Positions 30,040 through 39,961 of a DNA stretch of 64,000 nt are shown here, one piece after another. The DNA is from Alphaproteobacteria bacterium. Its GTDB lineage: Bacteria; Pseudomonadota; Alphaproteobacteria; UBA828. The translations under genes were made by a program, and so were the position numbers. The stretch is from NCBI GenBank assembly GCA_963422645.2, contig CAXXVO010000004.1, positions 448,001 to 512,000 of the forward strand, written 5' to 3'. The notes beneath the pieces are model-generated. The model was not told where the DNA came from. It searched no databases and saw only the letters and a list, made by a program, of their open reading frames with translations. Numbering within the stretch: position 1 is the stretch's first letter; every line of letters starts with the position of its first letter.

Positions 30040-30215
30040 CCGACGAGCGGGTGCGGTGCAATTTGCCGCGCGTCCACGGCCACGGGCCGGGTACAATACG
30101 GGGTGCGGAGCCGGCCGCCGGAAGCAGTTTTGTCATCGGGAACTACGTCACCGATATAACGACGCTCACACGTCCCCACCTCCGCCAATACCCATCCTGA
30201 CACGGCAAATGGGTG
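30040..30215 (-). ncRNA. Predicted IS110 bridge/seek-type guide RNA (also at +1769 and +9668); ends approximate
   Basis: Two hairpin-containing loops with arms matching the target (30158-30161, 30127-30134) and the donor junction (30093-30097, 30062-30070). Confidence 0.65.
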
Positions 30216-30296
30216 CAAGCGCAAGGAAAACGTCAGCCGAACCGCTCCTGTTTCATGCCACGGGGTGGCTCAGAACCGCGGGGACCATGACTGTTT

Positions 30297-32062
30297 TGCC
30301 GTGAAACAGATTCTGGCGAGGGACGCGCGGTGACGCTCCAACCCCGAGGTCACGGCGTTGGCTGAGACCGCCAGGGTCGGCGCGGCGGAGACGAGCGGTG
30401 GACTTCCCCGATGTGGTCCGAAGCGGTCCCGCGTAGCCGGCTGACGAGATGCGGGCCGCTCAGGCGGCCTTGAGTTCCGCGCCTACGGGCTCGATGTAGC
30501 CGTAGCGGCGGAGCATGCGGATCCACCGAGGAGCGTTGCGCTTGACCATCAGAGCGTCGTAGTCGGCCGTGCGGTCGTAGTAGGGCCTGCCGGTCTTGAG
30601 CACCACATAGATGATGCGCAGCATCTTGTGAGCGCCGGCGACGATGGCGCGCTTGTAGCCGCGCCGGGCGGCGAGGGCGCGGTGATGAGCCTCGAACTGG
30701 CACCCCTTGGTTCGGGCCGCGCCGTGGGCACACTCGACGAGGCAGGCGCGCAGGGTCTTGGAGCCCATGCGGGTGCGTGCGTTGCGGCGCTTGCCCCCGC
30801 TCTCGTTGTTGCCGGGGCAGAGCCCGGCCCAGGCGGCGAAGTGCTCCTTGGAGGCGAACACGCCGATGTCGGGGCCGATCTCGATGAGGATGGTCGAGGC
30901 GGCGGTGCGGTCGATGCCGGGGATGGTGGTCAGCAGACGGAGCTGCTCCTCCCACGGTGTCATCTGCCCGTCGATCTTCCTGGTGTAGGACGCGATGCGC
31001 GCCTCAAGCGCGTCATGCTCCTCCAGCAGGTCGTTGAGCATGAAGCGGTCGTTGTCGCCCAGGCTCAGGGTGAGCGCCTCGCCGAGCCCCTCCAGCTTGT
31101 TCGCAACGTGGCTGGTGAGCGAGGCGAGGATGACCTCGCGCGCCGTCCCCTGCGCCAGGCCGTCGAGGATCTTCCGGCCGTTGACGCCGAAGACGTCGGA
31201 GAGGATGCCGCCGATGCGCGCACCGGCGCGGTCGATGATCTTCTGCACGCGGTTGCGCACGGCGGAGCGCTGCCTGACCAGGACGCGGCGCTGGCGGCTC
31301 AGTGCGCGCAGCTCCCGGAACGGCTCAGGCGGAACGTGGGAAGGCGTGCAGAGCCCGAACTGGCACACGCAGGCCAGCCACACGCTGTCCGCCACGTCGG
31401 TCTTGCGCCCCTTCAACTGCTTCACCTGACGCGCATGCACCAGGATCGCCTCGAGCCCGGCCGCCTCCAGGGCCGCGAAGGGCGCCTGCCAGTAGACCCC
31501 GGTCCCTTCCATCACCGCAGCCTCGACGCCGTGACCGGTCAGCCACGCGACCATCTCCTCCAGACCGCTCGGCAGCGTGCCGAAGCAGCGCGTCTCCACC
31601 ACCGGCTCACCCTCGCCCTCACAGAGGCGAACCGTCGCGGTGATCTCCATCTTGTGCACGTCCAGACCCGCCGCGCGCGGCCGGACGACGTGCAAGCCTT
31701 CCGTCTTCATCGCCTTCCTCCTCATTTGCGCTCTCGCCACGGCGGCGTACGATCACGCCGTGGCATCGCCACGGTGGAGGCGGGGACAGCGGTCGGAAGA
31801 ACACGCATCCGACGAGCGGGTGCGGTGCAATTTGCCGCGCGTCCACGGCCACGGGCCGGGTACAATACGGGGTGCGGAGCCGGCCGCCGGAAGCAGTTTT
31901 GTCATCGGGAACTACGTCACCGATATAACGACGCTCACACGTCCCCACCTCCGCCAATACCCATCCTGACACGGCAAATGGGTGCAAGCGCAAGGAAAAC
32001 GTCAGCCGAACCGCTCCTGTTTCATGCCACGGGGTGGCTCAGAACCGCGGGGACCATGACTG
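30297..32062 (-). mobile_element. IS110-family element, copy 2 (direct tandem with copy 1)
   Basis: Repeat at a 1769-bp offset with the same ORF translation. Confidence 0.92.
30460..31710 (-). CDS. IS110 family recombinase
   Basis: Translation identical to copy 1. Confidence 0.95.
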   Translation of the reverse strand: MKTEGLHVVRPRAAGLDVHKMEITATVRLCEGEGEPVVETRCFGTLPSGLEEMVAWLTGHGVEAAVMEGTGVYWQAPFAALEAAGLEAILVHARQVKQLKGRKTDVADSVWLACVCQFGLCTPSHVPPEPFRELRALSRQRRVLVRQRSAVRNRVQKIIDRAGARIGGILSDVFGVNGRKILDGLAQGTAREVILASLTSHVANKLEGLGEALTLSLGDNDRFMLNDLLEEHDALEARIASYTRKIDGQMTPWEEQLRLLTTIPGIDRTAASTILIEIGPDIGVFASKEHFAAWAGLCPGNNESGGKRRNARTRMGSKTLRACLVECAHGAARTKGCQFEAHHRALAARRGYKRAIVAGAHKMLRIIYVVLKTGRPYYDRTADYDALMVKRNAPRWIRMLRRYGYIEPVGAELKAA

Positions 32063-33216
32063 TTTTGTTGTTGGTCGCTCTCGGGCTCGCCATCACTTAC
32101 GGCACCATGGGTGTCATCAATATGGCGCACGGCGAGCTCGTCATGATCGGCGCCTACGTCACCGTTCTCTGCCAAACTCATTTCGGCCTGCATTTTCTCC
32201 TCTGCATCCCGGTCGCCTTCGTCGTCACCGGCGCGTTCGGGTACGCCATCGAGCGCTTCGTGGTGCGAAGACTCTACGGCCGCCTGCTGGATACGCTGCT
32301 CGCGACATGGGGGCTTGCGATCATCATCCAGCAAGCCATCCGCCTCGAATTCGGCGCCGCCTTCGCGGGATTGCACATCGATGGTCTGGGGCCGGGTCTG
32401 CAAAACGTCCCGGTCCCCTCGTTCTTCCGGGAAACCTTCCTGGTCGGCGACTTCGTGGTGCAGCCCTACCGGTCCTTTATCATCGTCCTCACGATCGGGC
32501 TCTTCGTTCTGACCTGGTGGCTGATCTTCCACACCTCATTCGGAATGCAGTTGCGCGCGGTGTCGCGCAATCGCGGCATCGCGTCCTGCTGCGGCATCGA
32601 CGACAAGAAGATCAACGCGTGGACCTTCGCCTACGGCTCCGCGCTGGCCGGCGCAGCCGGCGTGATGCTGGCCGGCTTCAAGACCGTCTCGCCCAGCATG
32701 GGAACGCCCTTCGTGATTGACGGCTTCCTGGTCGTGGTCATGGGCGGTGTCGGCAGCCTCTTCGGCACGCTCGGCTCGGCCATTATCCTGGGCGAGGTCC
32801 AGGGATGGGTGGCAAGCCTGCTGAATGACGTGCTCGCCAGGGCAATCGTGTTCGGCGTCATCATCGTTGTCATCATCCTGCGGCCCCAGGGCTTGTTCTC
32901 CCGCCGGGGGCGCTGACGATGCAGCTCTTGACCCGGAGCAACCTGCAGCTCGCCGCGTACGGGTTGTTCATCGTCGTCGTCATGCTCCTCCCGCTCGTCA
33001 TGGACGTTTTCTGGCTCAACCGGATTTCCAAGTACCTGGTGTTCGGCATGCTCGGCATCGCCATCAGCATGTCCTGGGGCTACGCCGGAATCCTCAATCT
33101 GGGCCAGGGCCTCTTCTTCGGCTTCGGCGCCTACATGCTGGCGATGTCGTTGAAGCTGGCGAGCCCGACGAGCCTGCAACAGGGATCGGCGGACGAGCCG
33201 GTGCCCGACTTCATGC

Positions 33217-35575
33217 TCAGACTTCCTGACCTCTGCTGATTTTAGGTGACACGAGCCGCGCGGATTCCGAGGCCCCGTCGATGTCGTAGACTATGCGCAG
33301 ACGGGTGCCGGGGAAGACCGTTTCGGTGGCGTTCAGGTCGCTCAGAACCGCATCGATCCAACGGTCGCAGGCGTCGTTTGCGAGGCCAAGAATGTGGACC
33401 CGCAGGAGGCCATTGCCAGGATCCGGCAGGATGTCGGCATCGGCGGTGAGCAGCGCTTGAAGCAGTTTCCGGGGATGGGGCTTGTGGCCCTGCGCCTGCA
33501 TGACGGGAAGCATCATGCGGGTTTCGGCGCGGTAGGCGATCATCCGGATGACGTCGAGGAGGAGGCGCTCGCGCGCGGGCAAGGCATCGAGCTGCTCGGC
33601 TTCGTCGAGGTCGCCGGCCCGGCAGTGCTTGGGCGTCTCCCTGCGGCTGGCCCTGACGATGTCGCGGACATCCTGGAGGTCCCTGACTTCCCTCCTGAGT
33701 TCCGCCGTCGGCTGCTTCTTCCGGGCCGTGTCGGCGATGCGGTTGCGCAGGCGGCCAAGCTGGCGGTCGAGGCGATGGATTGCCTTGTCATAGGCCCGCC
33801 GCAGCGGGTTGACGACCATGGCGGCGGGATCGAGAGGCTCGAGCTCGTGGGTCGGCAGGGCGTCGAGATTGAACTCGTCACGCATGTACTTGAAGAAGTT
33901 CTCCTGCGACCAGCGCGAGAACATGGCGCCCGCAACCTCAGCCATCGGCTTGTGCGGATCGGTGGTGATCAGCGGCACCTGACGGCCGTTGTCGAGCAGG
34001 CGGCGGATCTGGCGCACCCTGAAGCCGTTCGGCAACGTCACCGGCTTCTCAGCCAGCCGCATGGTGGCGCTGCCGTCCGCCGCCGGTCCGTGAATGGGAA
34101 CGGTCATCGCGCCGAAGTCCTCGGCCGGCCAGTCCTCGCCCCTGAAGTTCTTGTGCCAGGTCAGGCAGGCGACGCCGCGCCTCGCCAGCCGGCGGAACAG
34201 ATCCGGGCTCCAGCCCTCGCGGTCGAAGACCAGGGTGAGCGCCGGCTGGCCGGGATGCTCGGCGGTCAGGTCCGGCGCCCCGGCGCCAACGATCCCAAGC
34301 TCCTGCAGCGCCGGCACCACGTCGGCTTCGATGGCCGCGACCATCTTCGGGTCCAGCGGCTTGTGCAGACAGAGCAGCGGCTTGCCGCCCAGAGCGTTGA
34401 TCCAGTAGCTGGCGCTCGCCGGCAGGCACAGCTTCTCGCGCGAGACGAAGTGCTTGGGCAAGCGCCCCTTGCGGCCGGAGTAGACCTTGACGTGCCCGTC
34501 GATGGCCAGCGTCGCCCAGAGCTCCGGCTCGTCGGCCTTGCCAGCGCCTGGCAAGGGCGAGCTGCCACGCCCGCACGCCGGCCTCGTCGTCGGCGATGAG
34601 AGCGATCTTGCGGCGCAGCGTCTTGACCTCGGGGCAGCGATCGAGGCCGAGAATGGCGCCCCATTCGCCCGGCGCCTGGTAGCGCAGGCTCTCGGGGTTG
34701 CGCACCCGCGCCAAGGTCATGAAGGCCAGGAAGAGCAGGATCGTAGGCAAGCCGTAATAGCCCTTCGGCAGCAATGGCAGGAGACCGGTCTCGGAGAGAA
34801 GACCTTCCTTCAGCAGGGCCGGCAGGGCGGCGAGCACGCCGCCGAAGCGGACACCGCGGGCGGCGGCGGCGAACTGCGGTTCGACCGGCCCCGCCTGTCC
34901 ACAACTGGCCAGAACCCGAGCCGGAACATCGCAAGTCGCACGCCCCATCGGCGCCTGCCGGTCCCGCCGATCGCGCGCGCTGCGATCCGTTTGCGGCTGC
35001 GCTTCCAGCCCCGGCGCCGTCTCCGGCCCCGGGGCACCGGTACTCTCTTCATCGACACGGCCTTCAGGAGCCGCACCCGCGTCAGGCGGCGCAGCCAGCG
35101 CTGAGCGTCCGGGCTCCCCATCCGCCTCCGTGTTGCCGATCAGTCCCTGACGGCGCCACTTGTTGACCGATGGCGCTGACACGCCGAGAACCCGGGCCGC
35201 CGCAGAGCCGCTCAGGCCCGATGCCAGCAACGCCGTCGCCTTCTCCGCCAACTCCGGAGTGAACACCGACGGCCCGCGACCGCGCCGGGGCTTCATGAAC
35301 CCCGCTTCGCCCTCGGCCAGGTAGCGCCGTCGTGCGCGCTGCACCGTCGCGCGCGAGACAGCGAAAGCGTCAGCCAGTTCCTGCGGCGAGACCGCGCTGA
35401 TCGCCGCGAGGCGGCCGATCCGCAAGAGCATGGCCGTGCGGTCATCGGCGGCGTGGCTGTCAAAGGGAATGAGGTTGGAAAAGTAGGTGAAGGTGTCGTC
35501 CGAGATCAGGACGGCGAAGCAGCTGTTGCCGATCGAGACCGCCTCTGGAGGGCACATTGGGAGGGTACTGGGCAT
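33217..35575 (-). CDS. Putative transposase, with the same frameshift as copy 1
   Basis: ORFs 34049-35575 and 33217-34554 translate identically to copy 1. Confidence 0.8.
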
Positions 35576-35729
35576 GGTTGAGACCGTGCAATTGGTATCA
35601 AATTATACTATCAGACCTCGGGCGCGACACCCAGCGAAAAACCGCCTGAAACAACCGAAATGTATCAGAATTCAAGGAGTTCCCGGCACGCTGCCCAGAA
35701 CAGCCAGCATCACGAGGTCAGGAAGTCTG
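33218..35729 (-). mobile_element. Unclassified IS (ISNCY-like), copy 2, inverted relative to copy 1
   Basis: Same 16-bp IR and 2512-bp length; TSD ATGCT at 33213-33217 and 35730-35734. Confidence 0.93.
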
Positions 35730-36633
35730 ATGCTGTGGACGTCGGAGCCGGGCGCGCCGATCGACCTCTGCTGCATCAACCAGGGTTCCTTCCTCTGGAT
35801 ACCCTTCAAAGAGCAGTGGTTCGGCGTGGCCATGGGTCTGGTCATGCCGACGCTCATTGCGTTCGTGATCGGCTACGCGATGTTCCGCGCCCGTATTTCG
35901 GGCGTTTATGTCGCGATCCTGACGCTTGCCTTGTGCCTGCTGGTGCGCCTCCTGGTGATCGACGCGCAGCCACTGATCAACGGCTTCAACGGACTGACCG
36001 ATCTCGGCTGGTTCACGGTCGGCGGCCTCGAGTTCGATCCCTACCTGGTGGAGACCTATTATCTCATCGCGATCATCACCTGCCTGGTGCTGATCGGCGC
36101 ACGCTGGCTGGTCAACACCAAGGTTGGCGTGGTGCTGCAAGCCATCCGCGACAATGAAGAGCGCGTGCGCTATCTCGGTTACGACGTCGCGATCTACAAG
36201 GTGTTCTTCTTCTGCATCTCTGCGGCGATCGCGGGCTTGGCGGGCATGCTTTATGTGATCGCGGCCGAGTTTGCCTCGCCCACCTACATGAATATCGGCT
36301 TCAGTATTTCGATGGTGGTGTGGGCGGCCGTCGGCGGCCGTTGGTCGCTCTTGGGTGCCTGCCTCGGCGCGATCATGTTGAACGTGGTCGAAGCCACGGT
36401 CAGCGAAACGGCAATGCTGGTGGAGGCCTGGCAGCTCATCATCGGCGCGATCTTCCTGTTCGTCGTTCTGGTGATGCCGCGCGGGCTCGCGGGCGTCGTC
36501 CAAGCAGCGGCGGATCTGGCGCTGGAATGGCTCCACAAGAGAGTTAAGCAACGGCGTGTCAGGTAAGGCGATGGGGTGTGAGGCGAAGGGCCTTGCCTGA
36601 AGATTCGAATGTCGAAGAGGCAATCGGCTTGGC

Positions 36634-37389
36634 ATGACAGCGATCTTGGAAATTGAGAACCTGGAGGTGAACTTCCGCGGCTTTCGTGCGGTGGATGGCT
36701 TCGACATGACCGTGGAAGAAGGGGAGCTGCGGGTCCTGATCGGGGCCAACGGCGCCGGCAAGACGACGCTCATGGACCTCATCACCGGCCGCACCAAGTC
36801 GACCGGGGGGAAGGTGACCTTCTTGGGCGACAACATTACCAATGGGCAGGAACACAAGATTGCGCGGCGAGGGATCGGCCGGAAATTCCAGGTGCCGAGC
36901 ATCTTCAAGGACCTGACGGTGCGCGAAAACTTCGAGGTGGCCCATACCCGCAGCCTGTCGGTATGGCGGAATCTCGCGGTGAGCGCGAAGCCGCGCCAGC
37001 GCAACCTTCAGGTCGAGCGCGCGATGGAGCTCACCAGCCTTGCCGATGAAAGCGCGACGATGGCGGGCAGCCTGTCGCACGGGCAATCCCAATGGCTGGA
37101 ACTCGGCATGGTGCTGGTGCAGTCGCCGAGGCTCGTGCTGCTGGACGAGCCGACGGCGGGCATGACGGCCCTTGAGACGGAAAAAACCTCTGAGATCATC
37201 AACGGCCTCAAGACCGAACATTCCATCATCGTCGTCGAGCACGACATGACCTTCGTGCGTTCAATTTGCGAGATCATTACCGTCATGCACTTGGGAAAGA
37301 AGCTCGCGGAGGGGACGGTCGAGCAAATCGAAAACGACAAGACAGTGATCGATGCTTATCTAGGCAGCGGTGGAATCACCCATGCTTGA
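36634..37389 (+). CDS. urtD: Urea/amide ABC ATP-binding protein UrtD
   Basis: GANGAGKTT, GIGRKFQ, LSHGQSQWLELGM. Confidence 0.92.
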   Translation: MTAILEIENLEVNFRGFRAVDGFDMTVEEGELRVLIGANGAGKTTLMDLITGRTKSTGGKVTFLGDNITNGQEHKIARRGIGRKFQVPSIFKDLTVRENFEVAHTRSLSVWRNLAVSAKPRQRNLQVERAMELTSLADESATMAGSLSHGQSQWLELGMVLVQSPRLVLLDEPTAGMTALETEKTSEIINGLKTEHSIIVVEHDMTFVRSICEIITVMHLGKKLAEGTVEQIENDKTVIDAYLGSGGITHA

Positions 37390-38077
37390 ACTTTCGCAAG
37401 TGGATGCCTACTACGGCGCGAGCCACGTCTTGCGTGAGATCGACTTGTCGGTTCAGAGCGGCGAAATCGTCAGCATTTTGGGGCGCAACGGCGTCGGCAA
37501 GACAACGCTGCTCAAGAGCATTCTGGGGCTGGAGGTTCGCACGCGCGGTGCCATCACGTTGGACGGCAAGGATATCACCACGAGGCCGACCTATCTTCGC
37601 GCCCGCGACGGAATCGGTTACGTGCCCCAGGGACGGGAGCTGATTCCCGATTTCTCGATCCGCGACAATATCCTGATGGGATGTTACGGGCGGGCCGACC
37701 GCAGGCGGCTGGTGCCCGACCTCGTAAGGGACTTGTTCCCTTACCTGCGCGACAACCTGGGCCGCAGGGCCGGACTGTTGTCGGGCGGCCAGCAGCAGCA
37801 GTTGGCGATCGCGCGGGCGCTGGCGTCCGAGCCCCGCATCCTGCTGCTCGATGAGCCCACGGAGGGCATCCAGCCCAACATCGTCGAGCAGATCGAAGAC
37901 ACGATTCAGCGGCTCAACAAAGAGATCGGCCTGACGATCGTGCTGGTCGAGCAAAACGTGAAATTTGCGCGGGCGGCGTCCCAACACTTCTGCATTATCG
38001 AGAAAGGCGAGACCGCGGCGAGCGGAACGATCGACGCGCTGACAGACGAAATCGTGCGCAGGCACATGACAGTTTAG
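37382..38077 (+). CDS. urtE: Urea/amide ABC ATP-binding protein UrtE
   Basis: GRNGVGKTT, LSGGQQQQLAIARAL, DEPTEGIQPNIV. Confidence 0.92.
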   Translation: MLELSQVDAYYGASHVLREIDLSVQSGEIVSILGRNGVGKTTLLKSILGLEVRTRGAITLDGKDITTRPTYLRARDGIGYVPQGRELIPDFSIRDNILMGCYGRADRRRLVPDLVRDLFPYLRDNLGRRAGLLSGGQQQQLAIARALASEPRILLLDEPTEGIQPNIVEQIEDTIQRLNKEIGLTIVLVEQNVKFARAASQHFCIIEKGETAASGTIDALTDEIVRRHMTV

Positions 38078-38156
38078 CGACGAACCGGACGCCGCTCACC
38101 CATCTCTTTGAGGGTGCCTCAGCGGCACGTGCCCGGCGTCTTTGCGCACCTTTCCA

Positions 38157-38191
38157 CTAGAGCGTATCCGCTTTACGCGGAAACGCTCTAG
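38157..38191. repeat. CTAG-bounded hairpin repeat (related copy at 40045-40074)
   Basis: CTAGAGCGT-A-TCCGC-TTTAC-GCGGA-A-ACGCTCTAG. Confidence 0.6.
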
Positions 38192-38195
38192 CGTT

Positions 38196-39961
38196 TGCCG
38201 TGAAACAGATTCTGGCGAGGGACGCGCGGTGACGCTCCAACCCCGAGGTCACGGCGTTGGCTGAGACCGCCAGGGTCGGCGCGGCGGAGACGAGCGGTGG
38301 ACTTCCCCGATGTGGTCCGAAGCGGTCCCGCGTAGCCGGCTGACGAGATGCGGGCCGCTCAGGCGGCCTTGAGTTCCGCGCCTACGGGCTCGATGTAGCC
38401 GTAGCGGCGGAGCATGCGGATCCACCGAGGAGCGTTGCGCTTGACCATCAGAGCGTCGTAGTCGGCCGTGCGGTCGTAGTAGGGCCTGCCGGTCTTGAGC
38501 ACCACATAGATGATGCGCAGCATCTTGTGAGCGCCGGCGACGATGGCGCGCTTGTAGCCGCGCCGGGCGGCGAGGGCGCGGTGATGAGCCTCGAACTGGC
38601 ACCCCTTGGTTCGGGCCGCGCCGTGGGCACACTCGACGAGGCAGGCGCGCAGGGTCTTGGAGCCCATGCGGGTGCGTGCGTTGCGGCGCTTGCCCCCGCT
38701 CTCGTTGTTGCCGGGGCAGAGCCCGGCCCAGGCGGCGAAGTGCTCCTTGGAGGCGAACACGCCGATGTCGGGGCCGATCTCGATGAGGATGGTCGAGGCG
38801 GCGGTGCGGTCGATGCCGGGGATGGTGGTCAGCAGACGGAGCTGCTCCTCCCACGGTGTCATCTGCCCGTCGATCTTCCTGGTGTAGGACGCGATGCGCG
38901 CCTCAAGCGCGTCATGCTCCTCCAGCAGGTCGTTGAGCATGAAGCGGTCGTTGTCGCCCAGGCTCAGGGTGAGCGCCTCGCCGAGCCCCTCCAGCTTGTT
39001 CGCAACGTGGCTGGTGAGCGAGGCGAGGATGACCTCGCGCGCCGTCCCCTGCGCCAGGCCGTCGAGGATCTTCCGGCCGTTGACGCCGAAGACGTCGGAG
39101 AGGATGCCGCCGATGCGCGCACCGGCGCGGTCGATGATCTTCTGCACGCGGTTGCGCACGGCGGAGCGCTGCCTGACCAGGACGCGGCGCTGGCGGCTCA
39201 GTGCGCGCAGCTCCCGGAACGGCTCAGGCGGAACGTGGGAAGGCGTGCAGAGCCCGAACTGGCACACGCAGGCCAGCCACACGCTGTCCGCCACGTCGGT
39301 CTTGCGCCCCTTCAACTGCTTCACCTGACGCGCATGCACCAGGATCGCCTCGAGCCCGGCCGCCTCCAGGGCCGCGAAGGGCGCCTGCCAGTAGACCCCG
39401 GTCCCTTCCATCACCGCAGCCTCGACGCCGTGACCGGTCAGCCACGCGACCATCTCCTCCAGACCGCTCGGCAGCGTGCCGAAGCAGCGCGTCTCCACCA
39501 CCGGCTCACCCTCGCCCTCACAGAGGCGAACCGTCGCGGTGATCTCCATCTTGTGCACGTCCAGACCCGCCGCGCGCGGCCGGACGACGTGCAAGCCTTC
39601 CGTCTTCATCGCCTTCCTCCTCATTTGCGCTCTCGCCACGGCGGCGTACGATCACGCCGTGGCATCGCCACGGTGGAGGCGGGGACAGCGGTCGGAAGAA
39701 CACGCATCCGACGAGCGGGTGCGGTGCAATTTGCCGCGCGTCCACGGCCACGGGCCGGGTACAATACGGGGTGCGGAGCCGGCCGCCGGAAGCAGTTTTG
39801 TCATCGGGAACTACGTCACCGATATAACGACGCTCACACGTCCCCACCTCCGCCAATACCCATCCTGACACGGCAAATGGGTGCAAGCGCAAGGAAAACG
39901 TCAGCCGAACCGCTCCTGTTTCATGCCACGGGGTGGCTCAGAACCGCGGGGACCATGACTG
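38196..39961 (-). mobile_element. IS110-family element, copy 3 (intergenic urtE-amiE)
   Basis: Same ends and ORF as copies 1 and 2. Confidence 0.92.
38359..39609 (-). CDS. IS110 family recombinase
   Basis: Translation identical to copy 1. Confidence 0.95.
   Translation of the reverse strand: MKTEGLHVVRPRAAGLDVHKMEITATVRLCEGEGEPVVETRCFGTLPSGLEEMVAWLTGHGVEAAVMEGTGVYWQAPFAALEAAGLEAILVHARQVKQLKGRKTDVADSVWLACVCQFGLCTPSHVPPEPFRELRALSRQRRVLVRQRSAVRNRVQKIIDRAGARIGGILSDVFGVNGRKILDGLAQGTAREVILASLTSHVANKLEGLGEALTLSLGDNDRFMLNDLLEEHDALEARIASYTRKIDGQMTPWEEQLRLLTTIPGIDRTAASTILIEIGPDIGVFASKEHFAAWAGLCPGNNESGGKRRNARTRMGSKTLRACLVECAHGAARTKGCQFEAHHRALAARRGYKRAIVAGAHKMLRIIYVVLKTGRPYYDRTADYDALMVKRNAPRWIRMLRRYGYIEPVGAELKAA

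Larger units (their letters stand above)
28528..30293 (-). mobile_element. IS110-family element, copy 1
   Basis: Ends defined by comparing three copies (TGCCGTGAAACAG...CCATGACTG on +); no terminal IR; boundaries within the T-run are uncertain by 1-2 nt. Confidence 0.92.
28486..32916 (+). pseudogene. urtB: Urea/amide ABC permease UrtB, interrupted by a tandem IS110 pair (fragments 28486-28527 and 32065-32916)
   Basis: MADVFFIGLSLSSI + LLLVALGLAITYGTMGVINMAHGE gives the canonical UrtB N-terminus. Confidence 0.9.
32919..36566 (+). pseudogene. urtC: Urea/amide ABC permease UrtC, interrupted by an IS (fragments 32919-33217 and 35730-36566)
   Basis: WGYAGILNLGQGLFFGFGAY...VPDFML|WTS...AIRDNEERVRYLGY, WAAVGGR. 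Confidence 0.9.

Noticed and set aside
30280-30330. Junction-formed sigma-70 promoter at the IS110 tandem junction
   Set aside because: I could not find convincing -35/-10 hexamers at proper spacing by eye.
30628-32916. 762-aa ORF appearing to fuse a novel domain to UrtB
   Set aside because: The N-terminal part is the antisense of the IS110 recombinase; only the portion from 32056/32065 is UrtB.
35487-35729. N-terminal extension on the urtC 3' ORF
   Set aside because: It is read-through from the IS end, not part of the native gene.
25004-35729. Composite transposon or inversion bounded by the two inverted IS copies
   Set aside because: Each copy has its own matching TSD and the urt gene order is intact, so they are independent insertions.
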